A stretch of 64,000 nt of DNA. It comes from Calditrichia bacterium. GTDB lineage: Bacteria > Calditrichota > Calditrichia > RBG-13-44-9 > J075. The stretch spans positions 32,001 through 96,000 of the forward strand of contig JBOEGD010000001.1 in assembly GCA_050633245.1 (NCBI GenBank), in the 5' to 3' direction. The first letter of the stretch is position 1, and each line of letters begins with the position of its first letter. A program made the position numbers and the translations under genes. The notes under the pieces were generated by a model. It did not search any database. It saw only the letters and a list, made by a program, of their open reading frames with translations, and was not told the DNA's origin. Below, piece after piece: positions 29,854 to 38,668 of the stretch.

Positions 29854-30317
29854 TCAATCTCCCAAAGATTTGACCCGGCTTTCTCGAGAATTTTCTTCGT
29901 CAGTTGATGCATTTGTTCCTCGGCCTTTTCTGCATCAACGCTTTGTGCTTCCAGGGCCATGGTATGTTCAGTTCTGCGGAGCTGTTTCTTTGCAGCTTCC
30001 TGCACACGAGCGTCAATTATGTCGCTAAGCGGTTCTCTTGGAACCAGTGCATATACCAACTCACATCCCAGTGCATTTGCTGCGCGCTCAAGAGATTGCA
30101 GGGTAATCGCCTTGCGTGCTTCTGACTGTTCCATCTTAATCACCTGCGGTTGACTAACGCCGATACGCTGTCCTAACTGTTTGGTTGTCATTCCTAATGC
30201 TTCGCGAATGGCTTTGACCCACCCTTTTACAGGAACTGCTTTTAGATCGCTATCCCGGAATAGTTTCAGGCGTTTATCGAGTTTCTCGCGGGCAAGTTCA
30301 CGGTCTCTGACTTTCAT
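29850..30317 (-). CDS. Mobile mystery protein A (XRE HTH)
   Basis: PVKGWVKAIREALGMT..QL..R.GVSQ, LGCELVYALVP, HTMALEAQ. 4-bp overlap with protein B. Confidence 0.9.
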   Translation of the reverse strand: MKVRDRELAREKLDKRLKLFRDSDLKAVPVKGWVKAIREALGMTTKQLGQRIGVSQPQVIKMEQSEARKAITLQSLERAANALGCELVYALVPREPLSDIIDARVQEAAKKQLRRTEHTMALEAQSVDAEKAEEQMHQLTKKILEKAGSNLWEIE

Positions 30318-30320
30318 AAG

Positions 30321-30400
30321 ATATCCTAAAAGTTATTATTTAAAAATGGAAAATAACTTAAAAGATATTATTTGTCAAGAAAAAATAACATAAAAGCTAT
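30321..30400 (-). promoter_or_regulatory. Promoter of mobile mystery A/B with three operator-like palindromes at 32-bp spacing
   Basis: ATATC-CTAAAA-GTTAT (30321), ATAAC-TTAAAA-GATAT (30353), ATAAC-ATAAAA-GCTAT (30385). Minus-strand TTGACA (30378-30373), 17 bp, TATTTT. Confidence 0.65.
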
Positions 30401-30420
30401 ATTTTCCCTGTATGGATTCT

Positions 30421-30585
30421 AAACGTGAAACGTAAGAAGTGAAACGTGAAATGTGAATAAGGCGATGAGGCAATGAGGCAATGAGGCAATGAGGCAATTT
30501 CTGTTCTTTTTCCCCCACTCACCAGCACATTTTCCTGAGTCCTGAGTCCTGAGTCCTGAGTCCTGAGTTCTGAGTTCTGAGTTCT
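30421..30585. repeat. Cluster of short tandem repeats (7-mer, 8-mer, 7-mer)
   Basis: AAACGTG-like x~5, GAGGCAAT x~5, CCTGAGT x5 plus TCTGAGT x2. Confidence 0.9.
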
Positions 30586-31056
30586 CTATGGTATGGACGT
30601 CAGGATGCCGCGCATGCTTGCCCAGTGTCCGGGAAAAGTGCAAAGGTAGGGATAATCGCCGGGAGGTGGTGCGGTAAACTGAATCATAACGGTTCCACCG
30701 GGCTTGGATAGCGCGGTGTGAGCGAGGATCGCATCACTCTGGGGGATATAACCACTTTTCTCAGTGGCCTTATTGGCCAGTCTGCCGAAGCTTTTAAAGT
30801 CGGTGCCTTTTTGCAGCAGTACGAAATTATGTCGCATGGCTTCGCTTTCAGAAGTGTTTTCGAGAATGACACGCACTTTGGTTCCAGCTTTTACGGTTAG
30901 CCGGGCGGTATCATAGCGCATCAAATTACCGACTGGTCGAATGATGTATTGATAGACGCCATCCGGTCCGGGCTCAGGCATTTCGGCTGTCTCATTTGAG
31001 CAGGAAAGAAAGGCAACTGCGCATAGTAGGAGCAGAATCATTAAGTATCGCGGCAT
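30586..31056 (-). CDS. Azurin/auracyanin-like blue copper lipoprotein
   Basis: Lipobox FLSC; type-1 Cu ligands HN..CTFPGHWASM. Confidence 0.85.
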   Translation of the reverse strand: MPRYLMILLLLCAVAFLSCSNETAEMPEPGPDGVYQYIIRPVGNLMRYDTARLTVKAGTKVRVILENTSESEAMRHNFVLLQKGTDFKSFGRLANKATEKSGYIPQSDAILAHTALSKPGGTVMIQFTAPPPGDYPYLCTFPGHWASMRGILTSIP

Positions 31057-31097
31057 ATTGTTCTCTATAACTTTTTTGTCAGTTAATTCATAACTCA

Positions 31098-31571
31098 TCA
31101 CTTAACCGATTTCATAACGCCTTTCATCAGCGTCCAATGACCGGGGTAGGTGCACACAAATGGGTAATCACCTGCCGGAGGCGCAGTAAAGGTTACCTCG
31201 CTACGTTCACCCGGTTTGGCCTGGGGTGTTGTAAAGAGCAAGTCTTCGTGTTCCGGGATATAGTCTTTTTCTGCACCTGCCGCAAGTGCCGCCATGCCCA
31301 CGTCATTTACTTTGGCACCTGGCTTAAGGATCGCTACATTGTGCACCATATTTTCCATGGTTGCAATATTGTCCATAACGATGCGCACTTTGGTACCGGC
31401 CTTGACGATGATCTCGGTTGTTGCATATCGCATCTGATTGCCAACAGGCTGAATTACGATCGTCTGGACGCCATCGGTCGAAACGGAACCAGCTGGTGGT
31501 GGTGTGTGATCATTTTTTTCGGTGCATGCAAACAGCAGGAAAAACAGTAGGGGGAATAATCTTAATAGCAT
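31098..31571 (-). CDS. Azurin/auracyanin-like blue copper lipoprotein (paralog)
   Basis: Lipobox LFAC; HN..CTYPGHWTLM. GGAGA RBS before MLLRL. Confidence 0.87.
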   Translation of the reverse strand: MLLRLFPLLFFLLFACTEKNDHTPPPAGSVSTDGVQTIVIQPVGNQMRYATTEIIVKAGTKVRIVMDNIATMENMVHNVAILKPGAKVNDVGMAALAAGAEKDYIPEHEDLLFTTPQAKPGERSEVTFTAPPAGDYPFVCTYPGHWTLMKGVMKSVK

Positions 31572-31662
31572 CTTGTCTCCATATTGATATCGATTTGGGT
31601 TATTAATATAGGCTTTTCTCTTTGGGATAAGCAAGATGCTTTGATCGGCCACCGATCCAACA

Positions 31663-31890
31663 CTGGAGCATTGTCAGAATGGAGCAGTCTTGTGAGCTTG
31701 AGGGGCTACCTTTAATTAGAAAAAAAGACCCGGATTTTGAAAACTAATTGAACACCACTACAACTGGAGCATTCTTACAATGCTCCAGTTGTAGTGGCAA
31801 AAAAACAATTCCAAAATTTCGCTCTTTTTTTCTAAGATAGTACATAACGTTCTAAGATCCCAAAATTGGAGCATTGTGAGAATGCTCCAA
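31663..31890. repeat. Nested palindromic element (REP/REPIN/MITE-like) with TGGAGCATT cores
   Basis: Perfect 19-bp arms CCACTACAACTGGAGCATT (31755-31773) / AATGCTCCAGTTGTAGTGG (31779-31797) inside an imperfect IR 31716-31835. Further cores at ~31663 and 31866-31890. Confidence 0.75.
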
Positions 31891-32070
31891 TATCAGAGAT
31901 AAAACGACGTTAATCAGCCATGCCCACAAAAACGACCCGAGTGAGCGGGCGCAACGTTGAAATCGAAAAGAATTGGCATAATTATGTGGGATGAATAATG
32001 ATCAACAGCCATATCCTTTGGCCGTATCACTTACAACACATAGAAAATATGCTTTTTTGGAGGCCTTACA

Positions 32071-33387
32071 ATGAACCGTTGTGTACTAACCTTTTTATTT
32101 GCCTTCCTGTTCCAATCACTACTTTTTGCTCAGGCTTTCAATGGCAACTATAGTTTGCAAGGTAATCAACTTATGCTCAGCCAATCAGGGCAAACAGTTA
32201 CCGGCACGTTACAAACTACAGATGGCGGACGCTTTACGATCCAAAGTGAGATTGCCGGAGGCGAAGCACTGGGAAGTTTAACCGGCCCCGAAAGCACAGA
32301 GTTTTTTGGCGCATACTTTGAAGGCGGTGGTCTTACAGTTATCATCGCCCCATTGGTTTTGGGCATCCCCGACTTAGAAAGTGGTCAGCTGTTTCAATTT
32401 CAGCGTTCTGCGGCACCGGCAGCTGATCCGCCAGCTGCGAATTCAGCAAAGCCCGCTTCTGCTCAGTCTACGCCTGAAGTCGCTGCGACGCCTTCTACTC
32501 CCGTTAAGCCGCTACGAGAAAATGGCACGGCTGGACTTAAAGCAGGCGAACGATATTCTTCCGGCACGCGTGTAAGGGACTCGGGATCAGGTGTTTCATT
32601 TGTCTTGCCCGAAGATTGGTTTGGCGGCGTTCCGGCGAACAGCGATGGTTTTCTACTTGGCTCAAATACCATTGCCGGGGTTGGTATTGTCTACATGCGT
32701 CAGCAAACAACCCTGCAGCTTGCCGAGCAGCTATTAAATGCACCGCAGGATTTAGGAGATGGCGTTATTCTCCAGCCTACCGGAGAGGTGAAGCGCAGCA
32801 TGAATCGCATTGAGATTGAGTACTCAAATGGTACTTACTTCGGAAAGGCCATTGCACGGGTTGGGAAGTTTGGCAATGGAGCTGCTGCTTTCTGGGCAGG
32901 TCCAATTGCAGATAAACAGCGCTATGCCAAGCTTACCGGACAGGTTGCAGGCTCATTCAAATTTTTAAAGCCAACGAAAAGCAGTGCAGCAGTAGAGTGG
33001 GACAGTTGGCTGCGCGGCACTATGCTCAGGCAGCTCAGCAGCAGTTCCAGTAGTGGGTATGGTGATGGCAGTTATTCCGGTTCCAGTTCATCAACTACGC
33101 TGCATCTATGTAGTAATGGACGCTATTCTTACTCGAGCAGCTCCAGTTTTTCTGTGGATGCCGGTGATGCTGGATTTGGCTACAGCGGCGGCGGTGCCTA
33201 TGGACAGAGTGGAGACAGCGATTCAGGAACCTGGAAAGTGCAGGGAAGTAGCGGGCAGGTGGTGCTCGTTTTAACAAGTGATGAGGGGGGCGAAGCCGGT
33301 ACTTATGTCTTAAGCAGCAACAGTGAAAACCATACTTTGGTTAACGGCGAACGCTATTTTCGCGTAGATAGCGATTGGTGCGAATAA
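32071..33387 (+). CDS. Secreted multidomain hypothetical protein (Pro/Ala linker, Ser/Gly-rich C-domain)
   Basis: GGAGG RBS, signal peptide, long ORF; family not recognised. Confidence 0.7.
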   Translation: MNRCVLTFLFAFLFQSLLFAQAFNGNYSLQGNQLMLSQSGQTVTGTLQTTDGGRFTIQSEIAGGEALGSLTGPESTEFFGAYFEGGGLTVIIAPLVLGIPDLESGQLFQFQRSAAPAADPPAANSAKPASAQSTPEVAATPSTPVKPLRENGTAGLKAGERYSSGTRVRDSGSGVSFVLPEDWFGGVPANSDGFLLGSNTIAGVGIVYMRQQTTLQLAEQLLNAPQDLGDGVILQPTGEVKRSMNRIEIEYSNGTYFGKAIARVGKFGNGAAAFWAGPIADKQRYAKLTGQVAGSFKFLKPTKSSAAVEWDSWLRGTMLRQLSSSSSSGYGDGSYSGSSSSTTLHLCSNGRYSYSSSSSFSVDAGDAGFGYSGGGAYGQSGDSDSGTWKVQGSSGQVVLVLTSDEGGEAGTYVLSSNSENHTLVNGERYFRVDSDWCE

Positions 33388-33649
33388 TAAAGTTGTTGGC
33401 AGATTGCGCAATCTGTTTCAGAAAATGTAATCCGGCTAACTTTACAGTTGCATATTCGGCCGAAATTTAGTATTTATTGGGTGTTAGACAAGGAAGTCTA
33501 AACACATAAATGCAATGAGGTCATTATTCTACAAAATCACCGCAAAGCGCGATCGATCATTATCGCCACCTTCCGGGATGAAGCAAAATCGTGGATGTCT
33601 TGTTTTTGCGATTCATCAATTAAAACTCCCAACTCTTTAGCTATTTGCT

Positions 33650-34138
33650 ATGCGAAAAATAAGCGATAAGATTGTGTCTCGGCATGAGCTCAATGAAGCT
33701 CGCGCGATGCTGAAGGCAAACGGGAAAAAGGTGGTTTTTACAAATGGGTGCTTCGATATTCTTCATCGTGGACATGTTGAGTACCTGCAGGATGCCGCGG
33801 CTCTTGGTGACGTGCTGGTTATTGGCTTGAATGACGATGCGTCTGTGCGCCGCTTGAAGTCGGCCGATCGACCAATTGTTGCAGAAGAGGATCGTGCTTT
33901 TTTATTGGCTGCTCTGGAAATGGTAGATTATGTTACTCTGTTCACGGATGATACACCGCTCTCATTAATTACGTCTTTGCTGCCGGATGTGCTGGTAAAA
34001 GGTGGCGATTATAATCGCAACACCATTGTTGGCGCTGATGTGGTTGAAAAAAATGGTGGGCAGATTTGCGTAATACCTCTAACTCCCGGACGTTCTACGA
34101 CCGGTATAGTTGAGCGGATTAAAAAACGAATTAAATAA
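33650..34138 (+). CDS. rfaE2: D-glycero-beta-D-manno-heptose 1-phosphate adenylyltransferase
   Basis: VFTNGCFDILHRGH, GLNDD.SVRRLK, PDVLVKGGDY, STT. Confidence 0.92.
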   Translation: MRKISDKIVSRHELNEARAMLKANGKKVVFTNGCFDILHRGHVEYLQDAAALGDVLVIGLNDDASVRRLKSADRPIVAEEDRAFLLAALEMVDYVTLFTDDTPLSLITSLLPDVLVKGGDYNRNTIVGADVVEKNGGQICVIPLTPGRSTTGIVERIKKRIK

Positions 34139-34161
34139 CTGTCTTGGAGATTCAAACATCT

Positions 34162-36030
34162 ATGAAGTTTATCACCGCCTCGATATGTATTCTGTTATTC
34201 GCAAGTGGCTGTAGCCAATTTTTAAATAAAAACAAAGAAGCGATCACACCGGAAGCCAAGCGACAAATGACGTTGCAAAAAGAGCTGAACATTGTGGACG
34301 TTTATTATAATCTTGCCGTTAGTAATCAGGCCGAGCAGGATACGCTTGATGCCGAGTATTGCTATCAGTTCGCACTGAGCCTCCTGGACAGCCTTGCCGA
34401 AAACTACGATCAGGACTCTACCTTTCTCGCCATGCAGCACACGGTTAGCTTGTCTTACGATCGTTATCTCGACGAACTCAATACTTTCTCGGAAGACTCA
34501 CTCGAAGCAAGTGCGATTTTAGCTGACTTGGCTAAGCTTTATTCCGAGAGCAATGACAGTTCCTATCGTCCAACCGGACGGGCAGAAGGTGACATGCCGC
34601 TGGTTCTGAATCGCAAGGTTGAGAATGCTATAAAATATTTTACTAAAACGCGCAAGGGGCGCCGCGTTATGAATACGTGGTTAACGCGCGCCGGGCGTTA
34701 TGAGAAACTTGTCAAAAGTTCATTGCACGAATTGGGCGCTCCAACCGATTTATTTTATCTCGCGATGATTGAAAGTGGCTTTCGTCCTACTGCGCGCTCT
34801 TGGGCTCGTGCTGTTGGCATGTGGCAGTTTATCTCAGCTACCGGACGAGCCTATGGCCTTAAACACAGCTGGTGGTACGATCATCGGCGTGATCCCGTTT
34901 TGGCAACCAATGCCGCCGGGCGACATCTGCTCGATCTGAAGAAACGGTTTGGCGACTGGTATTTAGCAATTGCCGGATACAATTTTAGTCCGGGAAAAAT
35001 CGCTCGTAGACTACGACAAAAGAGTATCAACGAGTTTTGGGATTTGCCAAGACTACCGCGTGAGACTCGCAATTATGTGCCTACTTATCTTGCTGCCGTG
35101 ACAATTGCGCATGACCCGCCTGCTTATGGATTTGAAATTACCCCCGCAGAGCCGCTGGTTTTTGATACCGTTACTGTAAAGGAATGTGTTGATCTGAACG
35201 TTGTCGCTGATATCATTGGAAGCACATTTAAAGAGCTAAAAAATCTGAACCCGGCACTGTTGCGCTGGTGTACGCCTCCGGATGTCAACAGCTGGGTGCT
35301 AAACCTGCCGGTTGGCAGCCGCGAACTTTTCACTGCAAAATATGCCGACATCCCCAAAGGTCAAAAAGTGAAGTGGCTGCACCATCGTGTGCGTAATGGT
35401 GAGGCTCTTTCTACTATCTCACGACGCTATGGCGTGGCAATGAGTGAAATAAAGCGATTCAACAAAATCCGTGGTACGCTGATTCGCGTCGGGCAAAACC
35501 TGGTAATTCCCGTACCGCAGAACAAGCCGTACTACAACAAATATGTAGCCTCTACGCAGACGAGAAAAAAGGCAAAAAAGACCAGAAAAAAGACACCATT
35601 AAAGCACATTAAAACTGTTGATGGTAAGGAAAAGAACCATTATCGCGTGCGTAAGGGCGATTCTCTATGGGAAATTGCCAAGGACTATAATGTCTCTGTA
35701 ACCGATATACGTCAATGGAATGGCATGGGACGTTCTCGTCTTATCAAGCCAGGGCAGGATCTGGTTATCTGGCTAGAGCCAGGGGGCAAGAAGCCGGCAA
35801 AGACGACCAAGCCGGTACTCATCGACTTAACGCCTGAGAAAAAGGCTACAGATACGCGGATTGCAGCATCTGGCAGTACTGGAAAGATGGCTACCCATAA
35901 AGTTCGCAGTGGTGATACGCTTTGGGACATCGCACAGGCTTATAACGTTTCAATCGCAGACATTAAACGCTGGAACGGAATGCGGTCGAACAAGATCAAG
36001 CCTGGGCTTGAACTGAAGATCTACAAATAA
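34162..36030 (+). CDS. mltD: Membrane-bound lytic murein transglycosylase D (SLT + 3 LysM)
   Basis: Lipobox ASGC; LAMIESGF, AVGMWQF, LAIAGYN, PRETRNYVP; three LysM repeats. Confidence 0.9.
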   Translation: MKFITASICILLFASGCSQFLNKNKEAITPEAKRQMTLQKELNIVDVYYNLAVSNQAEQDTLDAEYCYQFALSLLDSLAENYDQDSTFLAMQHTVSLSYDRYLDELNTFSEDSLEASAILADLAKLYSESNDSSYRPTGRAEGDMPLVLNRKVENAIKYFTKTRKGRRVMNTWLTRAGRYEKLVKSSLHELGAPTDLFYLAMIESGFRPTARSWARAVGMWQFISATGRAYGLKHSWWYDHRRDPVLATNAAGRHLLDLKKRFGDWYLAIAGYNFSPGKIARRLRQKSINEFWDLPRLPRETRNYVPTYLAAVTIAHDPPAYGFEITPAEPLVFDTVTVKECVDLNVVADIIGSTFKELKNLNPALLRWCTPPDVNSWVLNLPVGSRELFTAKYADIPKGQKVKWLHHRVRNGEALSTISRRYGVAMSEIKRFNKIRGTLIRVGQNLVIPVPQNKPYYNKYVASTQTRKKAKKTRKKTPLKHIKTVDGKEKNHYRVRKGDSLWEIAKDYNVSVTDIRQWNGMGRSRLIKPGQDLVIWLEPGGKKPAKTTKPVLIDLTPEKKATDTRIAASGSTGKMATHKVRSGDTLWDIAQAYNVSIADIKRWNGMRSNKIKPGLELKIYK

Positions 36031-36063
36031 GACCAATGCTTGAAAAGACTGTTACTATAGATT

Positions 36064-36236
36064 GAACAGGCTGCCTTGCGTAGCCTTACCCGTGAGCCTA
36101 TGGCCCTCTGAATCTGTCAATTCTGGCGTAGGCTTATCCTTCCACAGACATAGATCCGCTTCGAGCTCGGTATTTCCGTTGTAAGGAGGGTATATGCCTC
36201 ATCGCATTCGTCCAGTTTAGTATTCACCTGATTTCC
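36064..36236 (-). ncRNA. Putative structured ncRNA resembling an IS110 left-end/bridge-RNA region (orphan)
   Basis: Five nested helices found by eye; TATAAT at 36248-36243 upstream; CAGGTGAATAC...GAATGCGA...GCCTG framework. Family assignment is from recollection and unverified. Confidence 0.5.
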
Positions 36237-36483
36237 GAACGAATTATATAGTGCAGAACTATATCCATTGAAAAAAGCACACCACACATAACTCACGCCA
36301 CATAGTAACCCACGACTTAAGTCCTGCGCTGCTCGTTGACAATGAGCCCAAATAGGCTATTGAACAAATCAGCTTTTTTCGCTACATTAGAATGTGACAA
36401 AATTTCTCACCGTTTCAATCAAGTACAAAAATAAAAACAACTTCCGACAATAGAACCGCATCAGGCACAGGAGAAGGACAAAT

Positions 36484-37458
36484 ATGAAGAAAATCGGCAT
36501 ACTCTTCGGTAAGGAAAACACCTTTCCACACGCATTTGTAGAGCGTGTAAATTCAAAGAAAGTTAAAGGCATTGAAGCCGAATTCGTCAATATTGACAAA
36601 GTTATGCAGGGCGTTTGTGATGAATATGCCGTGATCATCGACCGTATCTCACAGGACATTCCGTTTTACCGCGGCTACCTGAAAAATGCCGCCTCCGCTG
36701 GTGTCGCGGTCATTAACAACCCGTTCTGGTGGAGTGCTGACGATAAATTCTTCAATAATGCGCTTGCCCAAATGGTTGGCGTGAAGGTGCCGAAAACGGT
36801 GCTATTGCCATCCAATCAACATCCGCCGGATACCGATCAGATGTCGATGCGTAACTTGGCGTATCCGCTAAATTGGGATGCAATTTTTGAGTATATCGGT
36901 TGGCCAGCCTTCTTTAAGCCCTTCTCCGGCGGTGGCTGGAAGAATGTGTACAAGTGCGATGATCGCGATGCATTTTTTAAGGCTTATCACGAAACCGGTC
37001 AACTTGTAATGATGCTGCAGGAAGAAATTGACTTTACGGATTATTACCGCTGTTACTGCCTTGGACGCAAGGAAGTCCGCCTGATGGAATATAATCCCAA
37101 GCAACCGTATCATTTGCAGTATGTTAAAAATCCTGCACCAATACAGGCCAAGATGAAAAAAACACTGGAAGATGCCGTATTAAAGCTTTGTATTGGACTT
37201 GGTTACGATTTCAATACGGTTGAGCTTGCAATTCGTGACGGCGTTCCATATGCCATCGACTTCGGTAATCCGGCCCCGGATGCAGACTACTATTCCGTTG
37301 GTGAAGAAAATTTCGAATGGGTTGTTGAAAACGCAGCAAACATGGCTATCGAGCGGGCAAAAGCTCACAACCCGAAAGGCATGAATCTGACCTGGGGGGC
37401 ATATGTATCCGCCGCGGTCAATAATTCTCGAATCAACAGCCGATCCATCAAAAAGTGA
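36484..37458 (+). CDS. ATP-grasp peptide ligase (RimK/glutathione synthetase-like)
   Basis: INNPFWWSADDKFF, KVPKT, FFKPFSGGGWKNV, MLQEEIDF, FNTVELA..PYAIDF.NPAPD. Confidence 0.85.
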   Translation: MKKIGILFGKENTFPHAFVERVNSKKVKGIEAEFVNIDKVMQGVCDEYAVIIDRISQDIPFYRGYLKNAASAGVAVINNPFWWSADDKFFNNALAQMVGVKVPKTVLLPSNQHPPDTDQMSMRNLAYPLNWDAIFEYIGWPAFFKPFSGGGWKNVYKCDDRDAFFKAYHETGQLVMMLQEEIDFTDYYRCYCLGRKEVRLMEYNPKQPYHLQYVKNPAPIQAKMKKTLEDAVLKLCIGLGYDFNTVELAIRDGVPYAIDFGNPAPDADYYSVGEENFEWVVENAANMAIERAKAHNPKGMNLTWGAYVSAAVNNSRINSRSIKK

Positions 37459-37462
37459 GAAC

Positions 37463-38590
37463 ATGTATATGGCAGAAGAGAAACTGTTTACACTGGGAAT
37501 AGAAGAAGAGTTTCAGATCGTAGATCCGGAATCCCGGGAGCTGCGATCTCATATTCAACAGATCATTAAAAGCACGAGTGCTCCGAGACTTGCAGAGCAG
37601 CTTAAACCTGAAATGCATCAGTCCGTGGTAGAGATTGGAACACACGTTTGTCAGGATATCAATGACGCGCGTGAAGATCTCCACGAGCTTCGCCATGAAT
37701 TGGCTAAAACGGCCATCGAAAATGGCATGCGCATCGCTGCTTCAGGAACGCATCCCTTTTCTCACTGGAAAGACCAGCTAATTACCGAGCATCCACGCTA
37801 TCGTACGATTGTCAAGGATATGCAAATGGTCGCTCGTGGTAATCTAATATTTGGTCTTCATGTACATGTTGGAATAAAGGATCGCGAAAAAGCAATCCAT
37901 ATTATGAATACGGCCCGTTACTTTTTACCACATATTCTGGCACTGTCTTCGAACTCTCCGTTTTGGATTGGCCGAAATACCGGCTTTAAGTCGTATCGTG
38001 TAAAGGTTTTTGATCGTTTTCCCCGCACCGGAATCCCGGATTATTTCAGCAGTCTGGCAGAATATGAGAGCTATTTAAAACTACTTGTTAAGACCAACTG
38101 TATTGAAGACGGGAAAAAAATCTGGTGGGATTGTAGACTGCATCCGGTTTTTGATACGCTTGAATTTCGTATCTGTGATGTGCCCATGCGCGCCGATGAG
38201 AGTCTTGCCATCGCTGCGGTGTTTCAGGCTATTGTTGCCAAACTTCACCTACTGCAAAAGCAAAATCTGGATTTCCGGCTTTATCGTCGCAACTTACTTA
38301 TGGAAAACAAGTGGCGTGCCTGTCGTTATGGGCTCGATGGTAAACTCATTGATTTTGGTAAGCAGGAAGAAGTCGATTGCCGCGCACTTATCGATGAGAT
38401 CCTCGAATTTGTAGATGAAGTTGTAGATGACCTTGGAACAAGAAACGAGATGAACTACATCAAGCAAATGATGGAAACGGGTAGTGGTGCAGACCGACAG
38501 CTGGCTATCTTCGAGCAGTCGAATGATCACAAGAGAGTTGTTGACTATATTATCAATGAAACGCACTATGGCCTTGGTTTGGATGCCTGA
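37463..38590 (+). CDS. ybdK: Carboxylate-amine ligase YbdK (glutamate-cysteine ligase family 2)
   Basis: TLGIEEEFQ, EMHQSVVEIGT, GTHPF, FGLHVHVG, LALSSNSPF, WWDCR, TLEFRICD. Confidence 0.9.
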   Translation: MYMAEEKLFTLGIEEEFQIVDPESRELRSHIQQIIKSTSAPRLAEQLKPEMHQSVVEIGTHVCQDINDAREDLHELRHELAKTAIENGMRIAASGTHPFSHWKDQLITEHPRYRTIVKDMQMVARGNLIFGLHVHVGIKDREKAIHIMNTARYFLPHILALSSNSPFWIGRNTGFKSYRVKVFDRFPRTGIPDYFSSLAEYESYLKLLVKTNCIEDGKKIWWDCRLHPVFDTLEFRICDVPMRADESLAIAAVFQAIVAKLHLLQKQNLDFRLYRRNLLMENKWRACRYGLDGKLIDFGKQEEVDCRALIDEILEFVDEVVDDLGTRNEMNYIKQMMETGSGADRQLAIFEQSNDHKRVVDYIINETHYGLGLDA

Positions 38591-38668
38591 TAATCCGCTA
38601 GCTTATTACAATGTTGCCCTCAGCATAGAGGGCAGCTTCATCGACGACCTGAATAACGGATAAACTTC

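Noticed and set aside
30419-30643. 74-aa ORF with periodic sequence (LRTQDSG, HCLIAS)
   Set aside because: It is the translation of the heptamer/octamer tandem repeats, with no RBS or protein-like composition.
36387-36659. Minus-strand ORF next to the putative RNA as a transposase remnant
   Set aside because: It is mostly antisense to the ATP-grasp gene and has no IS110 DEDD motif such as GIDV/GLD.
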